Below are positions 28,191 through 37,517 of a stretch of DNA of 64,000 bases, in pieces (position 1 is the stretch's first letter; the number at the start of each line of letters is the position of its first letter). The DNA is from a virus. The position numbers and the translations under genes were made by a program. A model generated the notes under the pieces. That model was not told the DNA's origin, did not search any database, and saw only the letters and a program-made list of their open reading frames with translations. The stretch spans positions 20,311 through 84,310 of IMG/VR virus record IMGVR_UViG_3300025889_018307; one strand, 5' to 3'.

Positions 28191-28575
28191 TAAAATCTAT
28201 GTAGGGTGGAATGAAATTGAAGAATTAGTTGACAATTTATGTTATCAAATTCGTCAAAAACACCCAGAAATTAAATATGTACATGGTTTAAAAAGGGGAG
28301 GATTAATTCCTGCTATTATGGTTTCTCATACTTTAGGGTTAGAGTATGTAGATACACCCCAACATTATGATAATTGTTTGATTGTTGATGACATATGTGA
28401 TAGTGGAGTAACTTTAAAAAAATGGAATGACTATGTTACTGCTGTTTTACATTATAAACCTCATACATCATGTGTAGAACCTACTATACATGCTTTTGCA
28501 CATGAAGGAGATGAATGGATAATATATCCTTGGGAGAGAGATGATAGCGAAACTATTCAAGATTATTTAAAATAG
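28183..28575 (+). CDS. Purine phosphoribosyltransferase (Gpt/Hpt-like)
   Basis: GLKRGGLIPA, PRPP loop LIVDDICDSGVTL, WIIYPWE. Confidence 0.85.
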   Translation: MNNKIYVGWNEIEELVDNLCYQIRQKHPEIKYVHGLKRGGLIPAIMVSHTLGLEYVDTPQHYDNCLIVDDICDSGVTLKKWNDYVTAVLHYKPHTSCVEPTIHAFAHEGDEWIIYPWERDDSETIQDYLK

Positions 28576-28607
28576 TTTGGCTTTTTAAGTTAAATTTATT
28601 ATATTAC
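28576..28607 (+). promoter_or_regulatory. Promoter TTTG-N20-TATATTAC
   Basis: In the gap before folE; exact 20-nt spacer. Confidence 0.6.
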
Positions 28608-28626
28608 AACAAATAAAGAGTTATAA

Positions 28627-29316
28627 ATGGCAGAAAATAAGAAAAAATACGATATAGAAGTAGTACAAGAAGGATTTGCTAATGGTGTTGCACCTGGTTT
28701 TCCTTTAAATGATCAAGAAAAATCAGATATGATTGAAGAAGCAACTGAAGCTTATGGTAAGTTTTTAGATGCATTAAAATGTGATTGGAGAAATGATCCA
28801 AATTCAAATGATACCCCAAGACGTGTAGCTAAAGCTTATGTACATGATTTATGGGCTGGTAGATACACTGAAATGACCCCTATTACTTCCTTTCCCTCGG
28901 ATGGTTATGATGGAATCGTTATTGAAAGAAACATCCCTCTAACCTCAATGTGTTCACACCACCACCAAACAATAGGTGGGGTGGTTCATATTGGTTATAT
29001 TACATCAGAAAAAGGAGCAGTTGTAGGTTTAAGTAAATTAAATAGAATTGTAGAACACTTTGGTAGAAGAGGTGCTATACAAGAACAATTAACATCTGCA
29101 ATACATAATGCAGTAAACAAAATTTGTGAGGATAACTTAGGTGTTATTATTACAATAGTAGCAACACATAATTGTGTAAGCTGCCGAGGTGTTAAACATA
29201 AAGGAGCTGCAATGGTTACAACAAAAGCTTCAGGTGTGTTTAGACACAATGGAAATGACGCAAGACAAGAGTTTTTTAACTCATTAAAAATTAATAACGG
29301 AGGACATCAAATTTAA
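28627..29316 (+). CDS. folE: GTP cyclohydrolase I
   Basis: DTPRRVAK, SMCSHH, GLSKLNRIV, QEQLT, HNCVSCRGV. Confidence 0.95.
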   Translation: MAENKKKYDIEVVQEGFANGVAPGFPLNDQEKSDMIEEATEAYGKFLDALKCDWRNDPNSNDTPRRVAKAYVHDLWAGRYTEMTPITSFPSDGYDGIVIERNIPLTSMCSHHHQTIGGVVHIGYITSEKGAVVGLSKLNRIVEHFGRRGAIQEQLTSAIHNAVNKICEDNLGVIITIVATHNCVSCRGVKHKGAAMVTTKASGVFRHNGNDARQEFFNSLKINNGGHQI

Positions 29317-29321
29317 TAGTT

Positions 29322-29846
29322 ATGAGTGATAAAAAAGAAAAATTAGGAAACAAATATTGGAATGTACCTTTTGTAAATGAGGTAGAAGAATTCAATGAAA
29401 CATTTGGTAAACCAAATAATTATGAACCAACAATCCCTGAAAAAAAAGAATGGATGTTTGTTTATGATTTTATCCAAGAAGAACTAGCTGAATATAAAGA
29501 AGCTTGTGAGAAAGGTGATATTGTAGAAGTTTTAGATGCATTGTGTGATATTGCTTATGTTTCATTAGGTAATGGAACTATGTTACATGGTTTAAAAGGT
29601 CATATTTGGAAAGCATACCAAGAAGTTCAGGCATCAAATATGTCAAAATCTTGTGTTGATGAAGCTGAAGCTGAATTGACTGTAACTCAACGAGCTAAAG
29701 AACAAGGTGAAGATTGTCATTGGGAAAAAATAGGTAATCGTTATGTTGTTTATAGAACCCGTGATAGAAAAGTAATGAAATCAGTAAATTACTTCAAACC
29801 AGACTTACAACAATTTTTCTCAAAATCAGATTTAGATAATGTATAA
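29322..29846 (+). CDS. All-alpha NTP pyrophosphohydrolase (MazG/PRA-PH-like)
   Basis: FIQEELAEY...VLDALCDIAYV, SNMSK, KVMKS. Confidence 0.85.
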   Translation: MSDKKEKLGNKYWNVPFVNEVEEFNETFGKPNNYEPTIPEKKEWMFVYDFIQEELAEYKEACEKGDIVEVLDALCDIAYVSLGNGTMLHGLKGHIWKAYQEVQASNMSKSCVDEAEAELTVTQRAKEQGEDCHWEKIGNRYVVYRTRDRKVMKSVNYFKPDLQQFFSKSDLDNV

Positions 29847-31515
29847 AAAAGCATTTGCAAGAAAGCTTAAAGACAACAAATACTTAATACATTTATGGGA
29901 AGATGAAGGCTACAGTAAAGTAGAATGGGATAATCAAGCTTACATTGAATGTGATGAAAGTGAAGCTCAATATACAGGCCTAAATGGAGAACCATTAAAA
30001 AAAGTAAGAAATTGGAGATCTGATGATTCAAGACTTCATTTTCATGATATGCCTCCTTATCAAAAGTTTCTAGTTGAAAAATATGGTATTAATGATGAAC
30101 CATCTACTACTCATAGAGAAATATTTTTTGATATTGAGTGTGAAATGGGAGATGCTTTAACACCAGAATATATTCAATCTGCACCTAAAAGGATTACTTC
30201 AATTGCTTGGTATGATAAACAAGTAGACCAATGGGGAATTGTTATCTTAGATGATGATGGGCAATTAAAACGTACTAAAGCTAAAAATAAAGAGATTATT
30301 CCCTGTAGAACTGAAGAGGAATTATTAGCTAAATTTTTAGAAAGATTTAGGGATATGGATCCTGATATTATAGTAGGATGGAATAGTGATTATTTTGATA
30401 TTCCTTATTTATATTATAGAATGTGTAATGTATTGGGAAGTGATTTTGCTAGACATTTATCTCCTATAGGTTATGTAAGAGAAACACCATGGTTTAAAGA
30501 TCAATACATTCAAATAGCAGGTGTTGAATCTCTTGATTATATGCGTTTACATAAAAAATATAGTTGGGCTGATGAACCATCTATGAGATTAGATGCTATT
30601 GGTGAAAAGTATGTTGGAATGAATAAAATTGAATATGAAGGTAATTTAGATCAATTATTTAAAGATGATATTCAAAAGTTTATTAGGTATAATTTTGTTG
30701 ATGTTGAAATATTAAAATTATTAGATGAAAAATTAGATTATTTAGCATTAACTAAAAACTTATCCCATAAAGGAAAACATAATTATAGTGAAGTATATGC
30801 TAATACTAAAACACAAGATGGTGCTATTTCAGCTTATTTATTAAGTAAAAAAATTATTCCACCTGCTAAAGAACGTAATCCTATATCTAAAAAAGGATAT
30901 GCTGGTGGTTATTTATTTTGTCCTCAAGCTGGATTATACAATTATATGTTTGATGAAGATTTAACATCTCTATATCCTTCAATTATTATGACTGTTAATA
31001 TTGGTAAAGAAACAATGGTAGCTAGAATTATTGATGCTGATGATAGAAATAATAGATTAGGACTAAATGATTTAAAATCTAAGGATCCTGAAGAGGAAAT
31101 ATTAATTGAAAATGTTAAACGTAAACGTACTAAAGTTACTATTGGGGATTTAATAGGATTTATTGAAAAAAATAATTGGGCTATATCAGCAAATGGTGTT
31201 ATGTTTAGTACAAATCGTGAATCAGTATTATCAACTATATTAAATAAATGGTTTGATGAAAGAGTATTGTATAAAAATAAAATGAAAAAAGCATACAAAT
31301 CAGGTGATAATGAATTAGGAGCTGCTTACCATATGAAACAATATACAATGAAGATTTTATTAAATAGTTTATATGGTGCTACTGCTTTAGGTTCGTTTAG
31401 ATATGGTAATGTAGTGTTATCTGAAGCAATTACATTAAGTGGTCAACGCATTATCCAAGAAAGTGCTTTATGCGCTAATAGACACATGAATAAAGTAATT
31501 AAAGGAAACATATGA
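29839..31515 (+). CDS. Family B DNA polymerase, N-terminal part (3'-5' exonuclease plus motifs A and B)
   Basis: FDIE, GWNSDYFD, YNFVDV, DLTSLYPSII, KILLNSLYG; ends before motif C. Confidence 0.92.
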   Translation: MYKKAFARKLKDNKYLIHLWEDEGYSKVEWDNQAYIECDESEAQYTGLNGEPLKKVRNWRSDDSRLHFHDMPPYQKFLVEKYGINDEPSTTHREIFFDIECEMGDALTPEYIQSAPKRITSIAWYDKQVDQWGIVILDDDGQLKRTKAKNKEIIPCRTEEELLAKFLERFRDMDPDIIVGWNSDYFDIPYLYYRMCNVLGSDFARHLSPIGYVRETPWFKDQYIQIAGVESLDYMRLHKKYSWADEPSMRLDAIGEKYVGMNKIEYEGNLDQLFKDDIQKFIRYNFVDVEILKLLDEKLDYLALTKNLSHKGKHNYSEVYANTKTQDGAISAYLLSKKIIPPAKERNPISKKGYAGGYLFCPQAGLYNYMFDEDLTSLYPSIIMTVNIGKETMVARIIDADDRNNRLGLNDLKSKDPEEEILIENVKRKRTKVTIGDLIGFIEKNNWAISANGVMFSTNRESVLSTILNKWFDERVLYKNKMKKAYKSGDNELGAAYHMKQYTMKILLNSLYGATALGSFRYGNVVLSEAITLSGQRIIQESALCANRHMNKVIKGNI

Positions 31516-32441
31516 AACATTTAGAAGATACTCCATGGTGGATTTGTGATCCAGGTGACACAAATTATTGTGCTTATGTTGATACAGATTCTAATTACTT
31601 TAATGCAGAACCTCTATTAAGACATTTATATCCTAATTTTGATGAAATGTCTGAAAAAGAAAAAGATGATGTTTTAGAAAAGGAAGCACTTAAATATCAA
31701 GACATTATTACTGAAGATTATGATAGGTTAGCTAAAGATTGTTTTAATGTTACTAATCATAGATTAGAAATGAAAACTGAATGTGTAATTAGATCAGCTT
31801 ATTTCAGAGCTACAAGGCGTTACGCACAGTGGATTACTAAACAAGAAGGAATTGAAAAAGAATCATTAGATGTTAAAGGATTAGAATTTAAAAAAGCCAA
31901 TTTCCCTCCAGTATTTGGTAAGTTTTTTAAAAGTTGTTTAGAACAAGTACTTAAGGGGGTACCCAAACATGAAATTGATTCTCAATTATTGGAATTTAGA
32001 AAACAAATATTAAGTGGAGAAATACCTATTGAGAAAATTGGTAACCCACAAGCAGTAAAAAAACTAAATAAATTCACTGAACGTAAAGCTAGAGCTGGAG
32101 AAATGTTTTCTTCAATAGGTAAAGGAGCTCCTGCAGCTGTTAAAGCAGCTATAATTTATAATGATTTACTAAGATTTTGGAAATTAGATAAAAAATATAA
32201 TTATATTACACAAGGGGAGAAAATTAAATGGATTTATTTAAAAAATAATCCTTATAGAATTGAAGCAATTGCTTTCCTAGATTATGATATACCAAAAGAA
32301 ATTCGTACATTTATCGAGAAATATGCTGATAGGCAAAAAGTATTCGATAGTATACTATTAAATAAGTTAGAAGGATTTTATAATGATCTAGGATGGGCAT
32401 TAAGTTTAAATCCTCATAGAAATAAATTTTTTAATTTTTAA
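31512..32441 (+). CDS. Family B DNA polymerase, C-terminal part (motif C and thumb)
   Basis: YVDTDSNY, RRYA, VKGLE; ATGA overlap with the N-terminal part. Confidence 0.9.
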   Translation: MKHLEDTPWWICDPGDTNYCAYVDTDSNYFNAEPLLRHLYPNFDEMSEKEKDDVLEKEALKYQDIITEDYDRLAKDCFNVTNHRLEMKTECVIRSAYFRATRRYAQWITKQEGIEKESLDVKGLEFKKANFPPVFGKFFKSCLEQVLKGVPKHEIDSQLLEFRKQILSGEIPIEKIGNPQAVKKLNKFTERKARAGEMFSSIGKGAPAAVKAAIIYNDLLRFWKLDKKYNYITQGEKIKWIYLKNNPYRIEAIAFLDYDIPKEIRTFIEKYADRQKVFDSILLNKLEGFYNDLGWALSLNPHRNKFFNF

Positions 32442-32443
32442 TT

Positions 32444-33190
32444 ATGATAAATAAATCAAAGTTACAATCAATAATATCTAAATATTATCTAAATGGATTA
32501 GTACAATCTGTAAGATGGGAAACTAAAGAAAATAAATTAAGTATTAGCTTTACATCAGAAAATAAAGATATAGCAGGAGATTTAATGTGTGAAAATTCTC
32601 CGGTTGAGGATAGTGAAATAGCAATATTTGACACAGCACAATTAAATAAATTAATATCAGTTACTAATGGAGAATTATTACTTACTTTAGAAAAAGAACA
32701 CAAAGTATTTTCTAAATTACATATTCAAGATAATTCATTTAATGTAGCTTATTCTTTAGCAGATTCATTATTAGTACCAAAAAGAGGAACTATTAATTTT
32801 CCAACTAAATATGATGTTACAATAGAATTAACACCTGAAATTGTAAGTAATTTTATTAAAGCTAAAAGTGCATTAACTGATATAAGTGATGTAATGATTA
32901 GTACTGAAGAAGATCCTGATAGAGGAACTATAGTACAATTTGCATTCGGAGATTTAAATAACTTTTCAAATAAAATCAAATATATTGTAGATGAAAATAT
33001 AACAATAAATAAAGAATTAAAATTACCTTTTAATTCAGATTCATTTAAAAATATATTAGCAGCAAATAAAGATTTAGAAAGTGGTAAACTTTCATTAACT
33101 GAAGAAGGATTTATGAAATTAGAATTCCAATCAGAAGATATAAAGACTTTATACTATATGGTAAGAAAAGAAGATGCCACATATGTATAA
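32444..33190 (+). CDS. DNA sliding clamp (gp45/PCNA-like)
   Basis: 248 aa two-repeat alpha/beta pattern; follows PolB; clamp loader nearby. Confidence 0.7.
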   Translation: MINKSKLQSIISKYYLNGLVQSVRWETKENKLSISFTSENKDIAGDLMCENSPVEDSEIAIFDTAQLNKLISVTNGELLLTLEKEHKVFSKLHIQDNSFNVAYSLADSLLVPKRGTINFPTKYDVTIELTPEIVSNFIKAKSALTDISDVMISTEEDPDRGTIVQFAFGDLNNFSNKIKYIVDENITINKELKLPFNSDSFKNILAANKDLESGKLSLTEEGFMKLEFQSEDIKTLYYMVRKEDATYV

Positions 33191-33194
33191 TAAA

Positions 33195-33711
33195 TTGACC
33201 TAAGGGCGCAAGTTTTAAATTATTTATTAACCGCTGATCTTAATGACAGCATAAAAACAAAGTGATATGAGTACACATTTTTTAGAAAGATCATTCCATC
33301 CGTTTGATCTATTATTTCGAAATTTATTCGAAGCAAACACCCAATTCGTTCCGGCTATAGAAGCCAAACAACAATACCCAATTAATATTTACGAAGATGA
33401 TTCAGGTTTAACTTTTGAGTTAGCTTGCACTGGCATTCCTAAAGATGCTATTGAAGTTAAATTAGAGGGAGATATGATTATCTTCAATTATGATAAGGAG
33501 AAAACACCAGAAACTCCTAACCGAAATTATATTCATAGAGGAATTGCAAAACGTTCTTTTAATTTAGGATATAAAGTAGGAACTAAGTTCGACCTTAAAA
33601 AGGCAAAAGCAAATTTTAATGATGGTTTATTAATTGTGACTATTCCATTTGCTGAAGAAGCTAAGCCAAAAGTTTTGAAAATTAACTAACCAAACGCGCC
33701 CTTTAGGTTGG
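33195..33711. repeat. GC-rich inverted repeat pair bracketing hsp20
   Basis: TTGACCTAAGGGCGC (33195-33209) pairs with GCGCCCTTTAGGTTGG (33696-33711): 12 Watson-Crick pairs, 3 G.U, 1 bulge. Confidence 0.7.
33267..33689 (+). CDS. Small heat-shock protein Hsp20 / alpha-crystallin
   Basis: YPINIYE, ELACTG, YIHRGIAKRSF, FNDGLLIVTIP. Confidence 0.92.
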   Translation: MSTHFLERSFHPFDLLFRNLFEANTQFVPAIEAKQQYPINIYEDDSGLTFELACTGIPKDAIEVKLEGDMIIFNYDKEKTPETPNRNYIHRGIAKRSFNLGYKVGTKFDLKKAKANFNDGLLIVTIPFAEEAKPKVLKIN

Positions 33712-33738
33712 TTTATCAGAATTTCTTTCGTATATTAC
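33707..33738 (+). promoter_or_regulatory. Promoter GTTG-N20-TATATTAC upstream of the groES/groEL unit
   Basis: CTTTCGTATATT core with exact spacing. Confidence 0.7.
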
Positions 33739-33760
33739 ACCATAATTAAAAAAAAGTTAT

Positions 33761-34057
33761 ATGACTATTATTAGAGATGAGTTGCTAGAGCCTTATTTTA
33801 TAGGCAAAGATGCGTATTGTTATACAGCATATGAAGTTATCACCCCACAGAAAAAATATTTAGCTAAAGGTAGTAAAGGTAAAAATTATGAAAAACCAAT
33901 TGGTCATTATGCTGATTTTGGAAATGCCTTATTAGCTATTATGAAACATCAATTAAACGAAAAAAACAAAGAATATTCATCTATCCAAGAATATTTGGAT
34001 AAATGGGATAACATTAAATTAAATTTAAATAACATTAAAGAAAAAATTGGAATATGA
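33761..34057 (+). CDS. Hypothetical protein
   Basis: ORF behind the promoter, overlapping the groES start. Confidence 0.6.
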   Translation: MTIIRDELLEPYFIGKDAYCYTAYEVITPQKKYLAKGSKGKNYEKPIGHYADFGNALLAIMKHQLNEKNKEYSSIQEYLDKWDNIKLNLNNIKEKIGI

Positions 34058-34392
34058 ATTTAGAAGCACTATTTAACGCTGTTATAGTTAAACCAATTGA
34101 GGCAGAAGAAACTAAGTATGGCTCAATTGTAGTTCCCGATATGGGAAAAGACGTAAATGAACATGGAGAGATAATAGCAGTAGGACCTGGCCAACATACA
34201 ATTTCAGGTACATTTATTGAAACTATAAGTAAAGTTGGAGATATAGTAATATTACCAACTCAAGGATTTACAAAATTACAACATGATGGAGAGGATTATT
34301 ATGTTGGTCCTGAAAATCAAATCTTAGCAAGGGTAAAAAAAGAAGTAGATTTAGAAAAAATATTAGAAGAAACTGAACCATTAAACGAATAA
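34054..34392 (+). CDS. groES: Co-chaperonin GroES
   Basis: VIVKP, GSIVVPD, GEIIAVGPG, KVGD. Confidence 0.9.
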   Translation: MNLEALFNAVIVKPIEAEETKYGSIVVPDMGKDVNEHGEIIAVGPGQHTISGTFIETISKVGDIVILPTQGFTKLQHDGEDYYVGPENQILARVKKEVDLEKILEETEPLNE

Positions 34393-34394
34393 AA

Positions 34395-36029
34395 ATGAGT
34401 AAAATTATAGAATTTGGCCCTGAGGGTAGAGATAAATTAGTAAAAGGAATTGACACATTAGCCAATGCTGTAGTATCAACATTAGGTCCTAATGGAAGAA
34501 ATGTAGTAGTAGAAAGAACTAACCAATCACCGATTTCAACAAAAGATGGAGTTACAGTAGCTAAACATATAGCTGTAAGTGATCCAGTAGAAAATCTAGG
34601 TATAAATTTAGTTAGAGAAGCATCAATTAAAACTGCTGATAAAGCAGGTGATGGTACAACTACCTCAACACTTTTAGCAAGAGAAATGATTAAGGATGGC
34701 TTACAACATTTGGCTAATGGAGCTAATGCTGTTGAAATTAAAAGAGGAATTGATAAAGCTGTAAAAGAAGTTGTTAATAGTTTAAGAGAAAACATATCAG
34801 AAGACATTTCAGATGAAAATCAGCTAGAACAAATTGCAACTATTTCTGCTAATAATGATCCTGAAGTAGGTAAATTAATAGCTACTGCAATGGATAAAGT
34901 AGGAGTTGAGGGAGTAGTACACATTGAAGAATCTAAAACAGGTGATACTTATTTAGAAACTGTTGAAGGAATGCAGTTTGATAGAGGATATTTATCACAT
35001 TACTTTGTTACTAACAATAGTACAATGACCTGTACTTTAGAAGATCCTTATATTTTAGTACTTAATCAAAAATTATCCCAAGTTAAAGATTTATTACCTA
35101 TGTTAGAAGCAGTTTCTAATACTAATAAATCATTACTTATTATAGCTGAAGATGTTGATAGTGAAGCTTTAGCAACACTTATTGTAAATAAAGCTAGAGG
35201 TACTATTAAAGTAGCAGCTGTAAAAGCTCCAGATTTTGGTGAAAGAAGAAAATTAATCTTAGAAGATATAGCATCAGTAACTGGTGGTGTAGTATTTGAT
35301 AAAGATAAAGGAATGAAACTTGATAAATTTTCTTGGGAGTGGTTTGGTGAAGCTCGTACTGTAACTATTTCAAAAGAAAAAACAACAATTATTGATGGTA
35401 AAGGTAAAGAAGAAGATGTTAAACAAAGATTAGAAGAACTTACTACTCAAATTGATAAAGCTCAATCTAATTTTGAAATAGAAAAACTACAAGAAAGATT
35501 AGCTAAAATGGCTGGTGGTGTTTCTATTATTCATGTAGGTGGTTATACTGAAACTGAAATGAATGAAAAGAAAGATAGAGTTGATGATGCATTACATGCA
35601 ACTAAAGCAGCAATTGAAGAAGGTATTGTACCAGGAGGAGGAGCAGCTCTATTATATGCTAGAGAAGCTCTAAATACTAAATGTAAAAAATGTATAGGTA
35701 AAAATATTGTTTACAAAGCTTGTGGTAAACCATTTGAACAAATATTAGTTAATGCTGGTAAAGATTCAGTTGATGCTCAAATGATAGGTAAATATAATCT
35801 AATAGATTCAGGTAATGATACTTGGGCTGGGTATAATATTAAAAAAGATACTGTTGAAGATATGAAAAAAGCAGGTATTATTGATCCTACTAAAGTAACA
35901 AGAACAGCTCTTGAGAATGCTGCTGCTGTTGCTGGAACTGTATTACTTACAGAATGTATAGTTGTAGATGAACCAAAAGAAGAAAATTCACAACCACAAA
36001 TGGATCCATCAATGATGATGGGGATGTAA
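34395..36029 (+). CDS. groEL: Chaperonin GroEL
   Basis: TLGPNGRNV, TKDGVTVAK, GDGTTT, GMQFDRGY, GIVPGGG, MMMGM tail. Confidence 0.97.
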   Translation: MSKIIEFGPEGRDKLVKGIDTLANAVVSTLGPNGRNVVVERTNQSPISTKDGVTVAKHIAVSDPVENLGINLVREASIKTADKAGDGTTTSTLLAREMIKDGLQHLANGANAVEIKRGIDKAVKEVVNSLRENISEDISDENQLEQIATISANNDPEVGKLIATAMDKVGVEGVVHIEESKTGDTYLETVEGMQFDRGYLSHYFVTNNSTMTCTLEDPYILVLNQKLSQVKDLLPMLEAVSNTNKSLLIIAEDVDSEALATLIVNKARGTIKVAAVKAPDFGERRKLILEDIASVTGGVVFDKDKGMKLDKFSWEWFGEARTVTISKEKTTIIDGKGKEEDVKQRLEELTTQIDKAQSNFEIEKLQERLAKMAGGVSIIHVGGYTETEMNEKKDRVDDALHATKAAIEEGIVPGGGAALLYAREALNTKCKKCIGKNIVYKACGKPFEQILVNAGKDSVDAQMIGKYNLIDSGNDTWAGYNIKKDTVEDMKKAGIIDPTKVTRTALENAAAVAGTVLLTECIVVDEPKEENSQPQMDPSMMMGM

Positions 36030-36030
36030 T

Positions 36031-36303
36031 ATGGAAACAAAAGTAATAGAACATAATAAGCTTATTGCTACTAGAGTACCACCTGGAGACAAGTGGACTT
36101 TAGTAGATGATAAGAAAAAAGTAGTACATGAATCTTTAACTGATGCTTTAGAAGCATATTTTAAATCAACAGGCACACCTAGTGAATTTAGATTAGCTCC
36201 TTTAGATAGCAAATTATATGCTATAGTAACTCACGAGGAAGAAATAATTCCAGATGAACCAAAGGAATTTAGTATGTATGGAGAGTTTAGACAAGGAGCT
36301 TAA
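36031..36303 (+). CDS. Hypothetical protein
   Basis: ORF containing IATRVPPGDKW. Confidence 0.6.
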   Translation: METKVIEHNKLIATRVPPGDKWTLVDDKKKVVHESLTDALEAYFKSTGTPSEFRLAPLDSKLYAIVTHEEEIIPDEPKEFSMYGEFRQGA

Positions 36304-36335
36304 TTTGGGGATTTAAATAAAAGTTATTATATTCA
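36304..36335 (+). promoter_or_regulatory. Promoter TTTG-N20-TATATTCA (near-leaderless) before the clamp loader
   Basis: Exact spacing; ATG 4 nt after the -7 box. Confidence 0.55.
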
Positions 36336-36339
36336 TAAT

Positions 36340-37263
36340 ATGAAAGAGCATAGTTTACTAGTTGAAAAATATAGACCTACTAATATAAACAATTATGTAG
36401 GAAATGAAAGTATCAAAAATACTATTAAGGGTTATATTAACCAAAATGATATTCAAAATTTATTATTTTATGGCCCCGCAGGAACAGGAAAAACAACTTT
36501 AGCTAAATTAATTACTAAAAATATTGATTGTGATGTTTTATATATTAATGCATCAGATGAAAGAGGTATTGAAACTATTAGAGACAAAGTATCTGGATTT
36601 GCAAGTACTATGTCTTTTAAACCTCTAAAAGTAGTTATTTTAGATGAAGCAGATTTTCTGACTATAATGGCTCAAGCATCATTAAGAAATGTAATTGAAA
36701 CATTTTCTCGTTCAACTAGATTTATATTAACTTGTAATTATTTAGAAAGAATAATTGATCCCCTACAATCAAGATGTCAAACATTAAAAATAATCCCGCC
36801 AGATAAATTAGATATTATTAATCATCTAATGAAAATTACAAATAAGGAAAGTATTAAACATAGTGTAAGTGATTTAGAAACTATTGTAAATAACAACTAC
36901 CCTGATGTGCGTAAAATGCTTAATACTATACAAATATCTACCGTAAATAACACATTAAAATTAGACGAGTCTACATTAGTAGAAAGTAATTATATGGATA
37001 AGATATTTATTGAACTAAAAAATAAAAAACCTAATTGGAGAACAATTAGGCAAATTATTGCTGATTCAAATGTAAACGACTTTGAAGGATTTTATCGTTA
37101 CCTTTATGATAAAAGTAGTGAATATGCTCCTGGAAAGGAAGGTATGATAGCATATTATATAAATGAATATTCATATCAATCAAATTTTAGAATAGACAAA
37201 GAAGTAAATTGTATGGCTTTAATGTCTAAAATTATAGAAACAATTAAACCAAATATTATTTAA
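36340..37263 (+). CDS. Clamp loader AAA+ subunit (RFC small / T4 gp44-like)
   Basis: VEKYRP, GPAGTGKTT, NASDERGI, ILDEAD, SRC motif. Confidence 0.93.
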   Translation: MKEHSLLVEKYRPTNINNYVGNESIKNTIKGYINQNDIQNLLFYGPAGTGKTTLAKLITKNIDCDVLYINASDERGIETIRDKVSGFASTMSFKPLKVVILDEADFLTIMAQASLRNVIETFSRSTRFILTCNYLERIIDPLQSRCQTLKIIPPDKLDIINHLMKITNKESIKHSVSDLETIVNNNYPDVRKMLNTIQISTVNNTLKLDESTLVESNYMDKIFIELKNKKPNWRTIRQIIADSNVNDFEGFYRYLYDKSSEYAPGKEGMIAYYINEYSYQSNFRIDKEVNCMALMSKIIETIKPNII

Positions 37264-37274
37264 AATTATTAATT

Positions 37275-37517
37275 ATGCAAGCGCAACAACCAAACATTGA
37301 TTTAAAAAACACATCAGCTATAGAAACTGAAGGTGGAGGTAGAATTTGGCAACAAGGAGCTTTATTAAGAAAAGTATCTAAATTTGTAACAGGAACAGAT
37401 TCTGATGCTGTTATGCCAATTCCAGTATTTTATGATCCTGAAACAGGTAAAATTTTAGAGGACTCACTTCCTAAAGAATTAAGAGAAGAGTATAAGGATG
37501 TCCTTATTAAATCCTAA
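37275..37517 (+). CDS. Hypothetical protein
   Basis: ORF within the clamp-loader unit. Confidence 0.6.
   Translation: MQAQQPNIDLKNTSAIETEGGGRIWQQGALLRKVSKFVTGTDSDAVMPIPVFYDPETGKILEDSLPKELREEYKDVLIKS

Noticed and set aside
33190-34054. CIRCE operator for the chaperone genes
   Set aside because: No TTAGCACTC-N9-GAGTGCTAA match seen; the repeat present brackets hsp20 instead.
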